A DNA stretch of 63,923 bases, the filler included, from an uncultured bacterium (lineage in GTDB: Bacteria > Hinthialibacterota > Hinthialibacteria > Hinthialibacterales > Hinthialibacteraceae): the NCBI GenBank assembly GCA_964449065.1. It is 3 parts of 3 records of this genome, joined end to end, with 100 filler letters (N's around TTAATTAATTAA, not from the genome) between each part and the next. Parts side by side here need not be neighbours in the genome. Positions count along the whole stretch, not along the records: positions 25,471 to 50,772 come from CAYVAZ010000025.1; 2 more parts are not named here. One strand, written 5' to 3'. Positions within the stretch are counted from its first letter, which is position 1; each line of letters starts with the position of its first letter. Made by a program: the position numbers and the translations under genes. The notes beneath the pieces are model-generated. The model was given only the letters and a program-made list of their open reading frames with translations, was not told where the DNA came from and did no database searches. Of this stretch, positions 40,201 to 47,742 are shown piece by piece.

Positions 40201-40983
40201 GGCGGTCGCCAGCATAAACGCCGCCACCAATCCGGTCGCCCGGTTATAGGCGTCGTTCCCGATGAGGTAAGCCAACAAAACGGTCAACACGCTTAAAAAC
40301 GCCGTCACAATCCGGCCGATGACGATAATCGAAACACTATTGGGATTGTATTTGCTTAGGTTCACCACTTCGGCCGGTAAAAAGAAAAAGATCATCAATC
40401 CGGTGAGTGGAATCAGCATACACGGGATAAAAAACACCAGTTTGCGTTCGTTTTTCCACAACGGCTTACAGCCCGGTTCCGCCTGATTGAACGACTTCAT
40501 CACCGACGCGAAAAACCGGAACGCAAGGAGGAGCGTGATGGCAAAAAAGAACGCGCTGAACGCATCCGTCACCCCGAAAAATATCCATTCCCACTGCTGC
40601 GGGGCGCCGGATAGCTGCACCGCGTTCTGCGCGATATAATGGCGGTAAAGCAGATACAAATGGAGGGGAAACGTGCCGTAGTTATAATTCACCGGGCGCA
40701 GGCCGGTGGACCCGCCCGATGATGACTGCGGGTTTTCGATTTGCAAATTGCGCTCATAAAACAGCTGCCATTTCTCCTGCCACGGCAGCTCCATCTCGTC
40801 TTCGCTGAACCACTGAAAATTCATGACATTGGCGCAGTTTTGGTAATGGCTCTCATCCGGATGGTGGGTGTAAATCCCGTCTTTAAATGCCCAATCGATC
40901 CCGTAAAAGCGCAGACCGATGGCAATGGTCATGATTCCCAACAACAGCAAAGCCGATAAAATGCGTTTGATGGCAGCGTTCAT
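34297..40983 (-). CDS. Giant GT-C protein: GT39/ArnT-like + DUF2298 (YYY) + NHL repeats + Pro/Thr linker
   Basis: HPDE, HFATVD; GEKPMNF, PPEDPW, NYYYYG, NEFP, DFHAH, NTWD, TLDG; IADTRNHRV/IADTWNHRV; PTPTATALPEP repeats. Confidence 0.85.
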   Translation of the reverse strand: MNAAIKRILSALLLLGIMTIAIGLRFYGIDWAFKDGIYTHHPDESHYQNCANVMNFQWFSEDEMELPWQEKWQLFYERNLQIENPQSSSGGSTGLRPVNYNYGTFPLHLYLLYRHYIAQNAVQLSGAPQQWEWIFFGVTDAFSAFFFAITLLLAFRFFASVMKSFNQAEPGCKPLWKNERKLVFFIPCMLIPLTGLMIFFFLPAEVVNLSKYNPNSVSIIVIGRIVTAFLSVLTVLLAYLIGNDAYNRATGLVAAFMLATAMLHIQTSHFATVDGIAAFWVTAAIYFFLKISQKPRLIWYVLGAVCTGFAVGTKWSAILLPAMLWFAHAIATWSDDRHGKDGRLIHVFWLMVSALVLVQFFQAARSADPLFHITLARFRDFYVNNWIALAAAVGVLIVATLVFLFIRKKQLNQPGFFKGCFQIYLPWVWLVVAVAVGWGAFLFAQPMAYFDSHAFARDINEVSRINATGEANMIYTKQFNNTLPVLTLLNNLFYPSLDYVTAFFVLAGCLFAAFRLLHVKCKSDLFLVAWAIPAFVVYSSLDSKFPRYIVPVLPVMIVLGARLIVTLCRIQVREKINALPFLDLNTRKALKGLGWAGGFAALLFGLIYGNAYTAMYQHPHTLKTTEDFLKQHMKPGQKITQNDWDEGFGIHIERDDQLYIHSGSDRNPSQRIQYFTGKLQEFDYIVFPSKRAYGTTFENPEQYPLTNKFLRALFAEQLGFRVLKVIENPVQFMGIHFYVDEEDETARIYDHPKVIILEKFQQLSGQQIEELILNPPAWVNEITKEEILTLRDGKPVFAKPVWAPVLRWYVMLFALGALAFVFLFPLMQRLPDGGYAVSKTIGLAFFSWLAWFLASNEIILLSQASMWFVLFGMIVLAALVWQRCGQECLEFIRARWRLLLSIEVMFIAVWAVFLLIRMYHPGISWGEKPMNFSFVNAVYRTLTFPPEDPWISGHLINYYYYGHAVLSIAGRFMSIPPEYFFNVAGTSIAGLVAISIFSLAYALCRCKYMAAIAAYLAVFAGHIISFIQISAFAMDRAISEFWYQWSADLTLWDIIKAVPATLLICWYAVLYYLGFATDAMKQELARINYEILFWRVGHDLYQGTAANEFPYWMHLFLDFHAHMLVIPFTWAFITLLLALFLKPHKEWKTTSLIGYSVFLALLLGTVICTNTWDMPALMIILLVGVLVKWYRESDNVVSTFKKAEWLDTDTLQKWLWFPIGLLVLVFVLQMAMFYPFHANFIARVTGIGVMTEGHAPLTTFLGFWGVMLFTLAVAVILSAIVRADKKLSIIRTIVFAIFYLAVLGGCFYVTNAVRNDSLNEFSIPLLGSISIPNTLSPTDPQFDLTVFGLFFPFLVVMFIQLWNRKLTGEQVFGFLVGIIGLGLALGIEWFYIKEGWTRPSHRYNTLFKFNIQIWHYLSVFAVFGFIFALYKLKELRISIGSILSAGSQFMFGLAFVVLVLMTVPFAVLGPYIVTQTSGGKWRDVRGADVPTLDGLAWLREQKYDSYAGIQWMNRYVKGTPNIVEYVDHHKGYLDIARFSTNTGLPSLLGWEHHVGERMHMDEKEPRRNAVYRVYESPNKKEVIDILAKYNIEYVIFGDIEKNHRRGHRDSEEPLGVASLNRFEEWGDVFRLVYRLGDQSIFKVDNSLNRIYGLSGEEDYMQIPTVRADLPEVSSLHPTISGESMFEGELGEANGLFNEPRGLAQDAAGYFYIADTRNHRVQAFREDGSFEGKIGSEGNAPGQFKEPNDVSIDLDTGDIYIADTWNHRVVKMDNNGNVLGMFAGSFFGPRGIIFHPYTGRILVCDTGSHLVRVLNQNGRVETNIGVPGGGEGDDAFLEPVGIDFFQDSGDFVVVDSLNKRLKIYTMTGALKTIIPIQSSWDGTGGFEGHVACGADGIIYMTDPREKSVHAYSQSGDLLGKAVRDVNDREFIEPLGIHISHDQQLLVTDKGQHRVVNVPDFVQRVEPTPTATALPEPTPTVTPLPEPSPTATAVIELTPTATEATELPEPTPSATATEVPTETPTNVVEPTPVITPIIEDPADVIPPVTEEEKIPSGDTIEKASPPINTSPDDYPTPDDEVDSPAEENWMEEIDRDAVDETQQATQGQEDFSYEIKVKEDIDSATDYVESMNEERYYDSMELYDGWYVPWTSPQIPGGFIESATVQWGNREEADDLRQYLSPNELRSSLFDPFSLDYMFYDSDTDDATPSLKSIDAVTEKLNTGADEQGD

Positions 40984-41078
40984 GCAGCATCTCCATTCGT
41001 GTTTCGCAATGAATTTTTTCGAGTAGCATACCCGCTAAGTGTAAGGTTTTGGGCAAAAGGTGACAAGTTGAAAACAAC

Positions 41079-41735
41079 ATGAAAACAACAGATATCCATG
41101 AAGTTATTCGTATCCTGCGCGGCGAAGTAAAGCAGTGGAAAACCCCGGCCGTGACGGTTGTGGCGGGGGAATCGCGCAGCCCCTTTAATGTGCTGATATC
41201 CTGTATCATCAGCCTGCGCACCAAAGACGAAACCACCGCCGCCGCCTTCAAACGCCTGCACAAACGCGCCAAAACCCCGCGGGGTATGCTTCGCCTGCCG
41301 GTTGAAGAAATCGCGCAACTCATCTATCCCGCCGGATTCTACAACAACAAAGCCAAAACCATCCATGAGATCTGCCGGGATTTGATTGACCGCTTTCACG
41401 GCGAAGTGCCGGATACCATCGATGAATTACTTACTCTAAAAGGGGTAGGAAGAAAAACTGCCAATTTGGTCGTCACCCTCGGCCACAACAAACCGGGCAT
41501 CTGCGTGGATACCCACGTCCACCGCATCCCCAACCGCTGGGGATACATCAAAAGCAAAACGCCGGATGAATCCGAAGCCAAACTTCGCCATAAACTCCCG
41601 AAAGAATACTGGATCGAGTTCAATGACCTGCTGGTCACATATGGTCAAAATCTATGCACGCCCGTCTCGCCCAAATGCTCGTTATGCAAAATTTCTGCCT
41701 ATTGCAAAAAAGTCAATGTCCAAACAAAACGGTAA
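41079..41735 (+). CDS. nth: Endonuclease III paralogue 1
   Basis: HhH LKGVGRKTAN, VDTHVHRI, Fe-S motif CTPVSPKCSLCKISAYC. Confidence 0.92.
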   Translation: MKTTDIHEVIRILRGEVKQWKTPAVTVVAGESRSPFNVLISCIISLRTKDETTAAAFKRLHKRAKTPRGMLRLPVEEIAQLIYPAGFYNNKAKTIHEICRDLIDRFHGEVPDTIDELLTLKGVGRKTANLVVTLGHNKPGICVDTHVHRIPNRWGYIKSKTPDESEAKLRHKLPKEYWIEFNDLLVTYGQNLCTPVSPKCSLCKISAYCKKVNVQTKR

Positions 41736-42020
41736 TACCGTTTCCATTTAGGATTGGTACCACTCATCAAAGTGATTCAACTGATGGCTTCGTTAGAGTG
41801 CCAAGAAAGCACGGTCATTGACGTAGCGATCTTAAACGTATTCGATTCTATGACAGGTGGTCACACCCCTCCTCTGTGTCTTCCCCAAGATTGGGGGAGA
41901 AGATAAAGCGTGTTCCAGTTTGATTGTTTAACTCAATGATATTGATCTTGGGGAGAGAATTGGCATCACACAAAATTTTATTGAAACCGGATAGCAAAAA
42001 CAATTCTCTCAACCGATTTA

Positions 42021-42674
42021 TCAAGCCGTTTCTTCCGACGGGCAGTATTTGGCGATGACGCATTCGCCGCATTTGGGTTTGCGGGCGATGCAAACTTTGC
42101 GTCCGTGCCAGATCAGGCGGTGGCAAAAGCCGGTTTGGTCTTTTGGGGAAATGAGGTTGAGTAAGTCTTGTTCAATCTTATCGGGATTGCTGTGTTTGGT
42201 GAGCCCTAATTTGTTGGCCAAGCGTTTGACGTGGGTATCGACAAACACCGCGGGATGGCCATAGGCGGTGCCTAACACGACGTTCGCGGTTTTGCGTCCG
42301 GTGCCGGGAAGTTGAACGAGCGCTTCCATATCTTCCGGCACGTTTCCGTTGTGTTTTTCCACCAGGGCCTGCGCCATGCCGATAATGCTTTTGGCCTTTT
42401 GGCGGTAAAAACCAGACGATTTGATAAGAGATTCAACCTTTTCTTGATCGGCTTGGGCGAGTGTTTCGGCGTTGGGATAGGCTTTGAACAAAGCGGGGGT
42501 GATTTGGTTGATTTTCACATCGGTGCTTTGCGCGGAAAGAATGGTTGCCGCCAACAGTTGGAAGGGATTCTTGAAATTGAGCCCGCAGACGGCATCATGC
42601 TCTTTTTCCAGCAGGGGGATGATTTTTTTAACACGGTCTTTGGCAGGTGCGGCTTTCCAGTCTTTGGTTGGCAT
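42021..42674 (-). CDS. nth: Endonuclease III paralogue 2
   Basis: ILSAQSTD, LPGTGRKTAN, VDTHV, CIARKPKCGECVIAKYC. Confidence 0.93.
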   Translation of the reverse strand: MPTKDWKAAPAKDRVKKIIPLLEKEHDAVCGLNFKNPFQLLAATILSAQSTDVKINQITPALFKAYPNAETLAQADQEKVESLIKSSGFYRQKAKSIIGMAQALVEKHNGNVPEDMEALVQLPGTGRKTANVVLGTAYGHPAVFVDTHVKRLANKLGLTKHSNPDKIEQDLLNLISPKDQTGFCHRLIWHGRKVCIARKPKCGECVIAKYCPSEETA

Positions 42675-42731
42675 GATGATTTCCATTCAATACACATAAT
42701 GGAGAAATCATACAAGCAATTTAATCGATTA

Positions 42732-43080
42732 TCAAAGCGGTCAATACAAAACTCTGTTTTCCCATTCTTTTTGTTCGCTGCTATGATTGAGAAACAAAAT
42801 CTCCCGAATCGCTTCTCCCAATGGGAACCGATCTTTAATTACGAACACTCCCAACATTTTTTTGATTCAACAACATGTTTATATGCAAAGTCTTGCATCG
42901 TTGCACTATCATGAGTTACTATGATTCGATTATATTCAGCAGCCCAATTTAAAATAAACGGATCATCCATCCCGGAAAGCCCTACATCTTGCACTCGCAC
43001 AATATCAGAGGAAGGTTCTTTGAGTAATATTCCGCGAACAAACTCCCCATGAAAAATTTCATCCGCCAATCATCTTATTG
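42732..43080 (-). pseudogene. DUF5615-like PIN toxin, disrupted
   Basis: In-frame TGA before LADE; DDPFILNWA, VTHD; frameshift at an A7 run to MLGVFVIKDRFPLGEAIREIL...EWENRVLY*PL*. Confidence 0.7.
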
Positions 43081-43419
43081 TGTGTTGTTTTCATTTTGTT
43101 GAAGAGCAAGCAATCTTTCCCGTATTTCACTAAGATCTCCATGCTCAGCCATGAATTTCGCATGAACTTCTTCCGCCTTTTTTTCTCTCTCGGCAAGGTA
43201 TTGTTCTACCTCATCCCGATGACGCAAATAGCAGGCAATGACTGCATAAACATCGGCAAGAGATAAAGTAGTATATGCGGAAACAATGGATTCGGGTTTG
43301 GCGCCGTCTTGAAAGGCACGAATGACAAGTTCCAACAGCACTCGAGTATTGCCTACACGCAAGGCACCGGATTCATCTTTTCTTATAGGTGGTGCTTCGG
43401 CTTGTACCGGTATCGTCAT
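43075..43419 (-). CDS. DUF433-family antitoxin
   Basis: RVGNTRV, GAKPESIV, LSLADVYAVI, EVEQYL. Confidence 0.88.
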   Translation of the reverse strand: MTIPVQAEAPPIRKDESGALRVGNTRVLLELVIRAFQDGAKPESIVSAYTTLSLADVYAVIACYLRHRDEVEQYLAEREKKAEEVHAKFMAEHGDLSEIRERLLALQQNENNTQ

Positions 43420-43511
43420 GAACGCTTTTCTATATTTCTGGTACATGTTTTCGATTAAAGTAAAATCATGCACTCACAAATCGCAAAACAAAATTTGCTT
43501 AATCCAGACCG

Positions 43512-43931
43512 TTATTTCCCCAACAGTTGGACGACGACTTCGCGGTGGCGGGGACGGTTATCGAAGTCGAGAAGGATGACTTGCTGCCAAGTTCCCAGCG
43601 TGAGGGATTGATTGACAAACGGGATGGTTAGAGAAGGCTTAATGAGCGTAGCACGCAGGTGCGAGTGGCCGTTGCCATCATGCCAGGTTTGATTGTGTTT
43701 GTAATCCACACCGCTGGGAGCGATTTTTTCCAGCATTGCGGGGATATCCTGCAAGAGACCGGGTTCGTATTCCACCACACTGATGCCGGCCGTCGCTCCG
43801 GGAACAAATACGGTCGCTTGTCCTTCCTGCATACCGCTTTCTTTGAGCAATGACCGGATATGCGGTGTGAGATCATGGATATCGGTATTGCCTTTGGTGG
43901 AGAGTTCGATGGTTTTGGTTTGAATGTCCAT
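43512..43931 (-). CDS. yjbQ: YjbQ/UPF0047 family protein
   Basis: GNGHSHLRA, LGTWQQVILLDFDNRPR. Confidence 0.9.
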   Translation of the reverse strand: MDIQTKTIELSTKGNTDIHDLTPHIRSLLKESGMQEGQATVFVPGATAGISVVEYEPGLLQDIPAMLEKIAPSGVDYKHNQTWHDGNGHSHLRATLIKPSLTIPFVNQSLTLGTWQQVILLDFDNRPRHREVVVQLLGK

Positions 43932-44035
43932 AAAAAATAATTCTGCATGTTCTATAATTGGGTAGAATACAAATAGTTCAAATATGAATGTATCATATCC
44001 GGATCAATAGGTGAGGGAATAGGAAGCATGAGAAC

Positions 44036-44367
44036 AGGTGCATGTCATCTCTCTCAGTAAAAGAGATTGTTCCAGAGAAGCAATGGGATTGAAGTGCACT
44101 GAAAGTATATCGATCCCCCACTAGCCCAATGCCATGGACTTAATAAATTTCCGGCCGATTAGTGTATATAAATAAGTGAATGCGTTCTTCACAACCCCCT
44201 CTGTGTCTCCCCCCAAACTTGGGGGAGAAACTATTGCGTATTTAAGGTTGATTGTTTAAATCAATGACATCCCCCACTAACCCTTCTTAACAAGGGAGGA
44301 ACCTGCCTCATTACCAACAAGAGCGCCGTTCCACCGCATGACCATCGAGAAAAGTGACATGCAACCT
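44036..44367. mobile_element. ~330-bp MITE-like element
   Basis: TIR AGGTGCATGTCATCTCTCTC / GAGAAAAGTGACATGCAACCT; internal hairpin shared with 25682-25740, 26041-26155 and 41863-41960. Confidence 0.55.
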
Positions 44368-44474
44368 CACTTTGATTTCAGCTAACAATCCAAATTATAA
44401 AGGGTATTATTCAGATAACCACTATACAATTAAAAAAAGACGTGATGATTATTTGAATAAACACGCTTCATTTC

Positions 44475-44650
44475 GTAATAGGTCAGACACTAGAAGAGAA
44501 ATTCCCCCTCCCAAAGGTGGGAGGGGTTAGGGGAGGGTTTGAAGCACTGAGCGTTTAACCCCCACCTAGCCTCTCCCATTGCATTGGGGGAGGAATGAGA
44601 AAATCTGTTCGATTTTTTTGAATATGCACTTCATATCGCTGACCTGTTAC
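44475..44650 (+). mobile_element. MITE family A copy
   Basis: Near-identical to 66-239; TCATTTC on both flanks. Confidence 0.85.
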
Positions 44651-44725
44651 CTCATTTCTAACTGAAATAAATCAACTTACTTATGCATTTTGTGGTATTT
44701 AAATGCCACTTAGTTATAGTTTAGG

Positions 44726-44884
44726 CTATATGAACAGTTCCCGAATGAGGCTGCCCCCCGTCTGGGAGATTTATTTAAACCAGCCTTCGTGGAAGAGGGT
44801 GAGTTTATTGTCGTTGAGGCCCAGCAGGTGGAGGATGGTGACGTGCAGGTCTTGGATGGGGTGCACCACATCCACGGCTACTTT
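44726..44884 (-). pseudogene. C-terminal remnant of DUF1501-family gene
   Basis: HPIQDLHVTILHLLGLNDNKLTLFHEG, internal stop, then SQTGGSLIREL. Confidence 0.65.
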
Positions 44885-45128
44885 TGGATTGGAATACGCG
44901 GGAGGAAGTCCGGTGAGAATCCCTAACAGGAATAATATCAGATAAAATTGTGAACATTTCACAAAATTCAAACAAAAATACAAGATAATTCTCCCCATAA
45001 TTCGTTTGTAATGCTGTTCAATCGCCAACGCGAAGATATCATAAAAGGTAAAGGATAAAAATTTATCTTACGGCATTCCGGCGAAGAAAACAAGCGGAAA
45101 ATTGATTCGCCTAGGGGGTTTTATAGCC

Positions 45129-47270
45129 ATGGGAAACAGTCTGTATATTTGTGGAACCGATCATCAAGCAGGGATGAGTATCATCACCTTGGGGATGTAC
45201 AAAGCCCTGCATCAATTCACTCCCAACTTGACTTATTTCAAGCCCGTAAGCGACGGCTCGATCGATCAAGATGTGTCCGTCATAAAGACGGCACATAACT
45301 TAAAACAAAAAGACAGCGATATCTGTCCGGTCTCAAAAGAAGAGGCAAGCAGACTGCTGGCACACCGGCAAGAAGAAGAGTTGTTAGACCGCATTAAAAA
45401 TTCTTTTCAAGACATGTCGGAAAACGGCAATTTTGTGATTGTGGAAGGAATCAGTTCAAAACACAATCTACTGGATATCGACTTTAACAAAAATATCGCG
45501 TCCCGGCTGAACATACCGGTTTTGTTGGTCGCGCGGGGGGACAATTGCGATACCCCTGCCGGAATGGATGAGTTGGTAACAACCGTATTCACCGCCAAGC
45601 AGGTGTTTGAAAAAGAAGGGTTGCATGTGTTGGGCGTTTTGATCAACCGCGCGGTGTGCGAGTCTCCTTCCGAACATTACCCGCTCATCCGCAAAGCCTT
45701 GAAAGAAGCCGGGGTGGAAGTGTTTGGAATTATCCCGGAACTAAAATCGCTTTCGTTCCCGATACTGGATCAAATTGCGCAAGAGTTGAAAGCTCAGGTC
45801 ATCAGTGGATACGACGCGTTATCGGAAACGGTGGCGCATGTGTTGGTCGCGGCCATGGCGCCGCGGCATTTTTTAAGGCATCTGAAAAAGAAAAAAACCT
45901 TGGTGATTACGTCTGGCGACCGCAATGATATCTTGCTTTCAATCGCCTGTACACACGGTTGTCCGGAACACCGGAAGGTGGCGGGCGTCCTCTTATCCGG
46001 CGGAATCGATCCCGATCCGGGGGTGCTTGAATTAATTAACGCTATGAATTTACCTCCATTGCCGATTTTGAAAGTAGACACGGATTCGTTTATTACCGCT
46101 ACGCATGTCCAGCGTGTGGATGTACGGATTCGCCCCAAAGATCACGAAAAAATCGCGACCGCGTCATCTCGCGTGTCGGAAGCAATCGATGCCGAAGCGT
46201 TGTGGAAGGCGTTGAACATTCCGCTGCCGAAACGCAAACGCAGCGCCTCGGTTGACTTTTTGGAACAACTTGTCGATCAAGCCCGTTCGTATGGAAACCG
46301 CATTGTGCTGCCGGAAGGCGAAGAACCGCGAACCCTCAAAGCGGTGGCAAAGGTTCAAGACCTGAAGTTGTGCTATGTGACGTTGCTGGGCGATACAGAC
46401 CGTATCACCAACATGGCAAAGTCGATTGGGGTATCATTCAATGAAATGACGACTGTGCTTGATCCGAAAGCTTCACCTCATTTAGAAGAATATATTCATA
46501 CCGTAATGGAAGCGCGCAAAGGCAAAAAAGGCGGGATGACAGAGGATGTTGCCCGTGAGTGGCTGCTGGAATCCACCGTCAACTTCGGCACGGTGATGGT
46601 GAAGTTGGATCACGCGGACGGATTGGTTTCCGGCGCGATCCATTCGACCGCGGATACGATTCGTCCCGCTTTGCAAATGATCCGCGTGAAGCAAGGGGTG
46701 GATGTGGCATCCAGCATCTTCTTTATGGCACTGCAAGACCGGGTATTGGTTTATGGCGATTGCGCGATTGTCCCGAACCCAAACGCGAATGAGTTGGCGG
46801 CGATCGCGATTTCATCGGCACGGACGGCACGGGCGTTTGGCATCGAGCCGCGGGTGGCTCTTTTGTCATACTCCACAGGAATTTCCGGCAAGGGCGAAAC
46901 GGTGGATAAGGTGAGCAAAGCCTTGGAAATCGTAAAAGAAACCAACCCTGACTTTGCGATTGACGGCCCGCTGCAATACGATGCCGCGATTGATCCCGAT
47001 GTGGGCAGTTTGAAACTGCCGGATTCTCCGGTCGCGGGTACAGCCAATGTGTTTATTTTTCCGGATTTGAACGCGGGGAACATTGCATACAAAGCGGTAC
47101 AGCGGTCGGCAGGCGCGTTGGCAGTCGGCCCGGTGCTGCAAGGGCTTAATAAGCCAGTGAATGATCTTTCGCGCGGATGCAGCGTGGATGATATTGTCTA
47201 CACGGTTGCCGTGACGGCAATCCAGGCCGCTACGGATTCAAACGTAGTGCAGATGGACTTTGCGATTTGA
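45129..47270 (+). CDS. pta: Phosphate acetyltransferase (long form with DRTGG domain)
   Basis: YFKP, VITSGDR, IVLPEGEEPR, DGLVSGA, DGPLQYDAA, PDLNAGNI, QGLNKPVNDLSRG. Confidence 0.95.
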   Translation: MGNSLYICGTDHQAGMSIITLGMYKALHQFTPNLTYFKPVSDGSIDQDVSVIKTAHNLKQKDSDICPVSKEEASRLLAHRQEEELLDRIKNSFQDMSENGNFVIVEGISSKHNLLDIDFNKNIASRLNIPVLLVARGDNCDTPAGMDELVTTVFTAKQVFEKEGLHVLGVLINRAVCESPSEHYPLIRKALKEAGVEVFGIIPELKSLSFPILDQIAQELKAQVISGYDALSETVAHVLVAAMAPRHFLRHLKKKKTLVITSGDRNDILLSIACTHGCPEHRKVAGVLLSGGIDPDPGVLELINAMNLPPLPILKVDTDSFITATHVQRVDVRIRPKDHEKIATASSRVSEAIDAEALWKALNIPLPKRKRSASVDFLEQLVDQARSYGNRIVLPEGEEPRTLKAVAKVQDLKLCYVTLLGDTDRITNMAKSIGVSFNEMTTVLDPKASPHLEEYIHTVMEARKGKKGGMTEDVAREWLLESTVNFGTVMVKLDHADGLVSGAIHSTADTIRPALQMIRVKQGVDVASSIFFMALQDRVLVYGDCAIVPNPNANELAAIAISSARTARAFGIEPRVALLSYSTGISGKGETVDKVSKALEIVKETNPDFAIDGPLQYDAAIDPDVGSLKLPDSPVAGTANVFIFPDLNAGNIAYKAVQRSAGALAVGPVLQGLNKPVNDLSRGCSVDDIVYTVAVTAIQAATDSNVVQMDFAI

Positions 47271-47289
47271 TGGAATTCTTGATATTTAT

Positions 47290-47708
47290 TAGAGCGTTTC
47301 AGAGTTGAATAGCCGGGTAGCACCGGCTTCCAGCCGGTGCGTCAATCCGTACAACGCAATATAACTATACTGATAGTGGTTTAGTCAAAAAATGACGGCT
47401 GGCTATCCGTTGTTGCCCCCCTTGTTAAGGGGGGTTGGGGGGATCGCCCCCGTCATTTAATCGTTGATACAGTACTTGAAAGAAGTTGTCCAAATAATGT
47501 TTTTCAGAAGGGCAGTTTTTTAGGAGGGCGAGGCTCCTGCCGAGCCGGAAGAACCCTTTGATTGAAACAGTAGGGCTCAACACTCTTACAACCTTGATTA
47601 CGCTTTATGTCAAAACGGGTGCAATCCTGAATCCAACCGAAAGGCTTGTGTCCGGTAGCCCACCACTCGCGAAGCAAGCCCATGGGAGGGCAAGGCTCCC
47701 GCCGAGCC
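47290..47708. repeat. Stack of MITE B, MITE C and two REP copies
   Basis: Same repeat families as 13365-13671. Confidence 0.7.
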
Positions 47709-47742
47709 GGAAGTACCGTTCATTCGAATTCGTAAAATTCAA

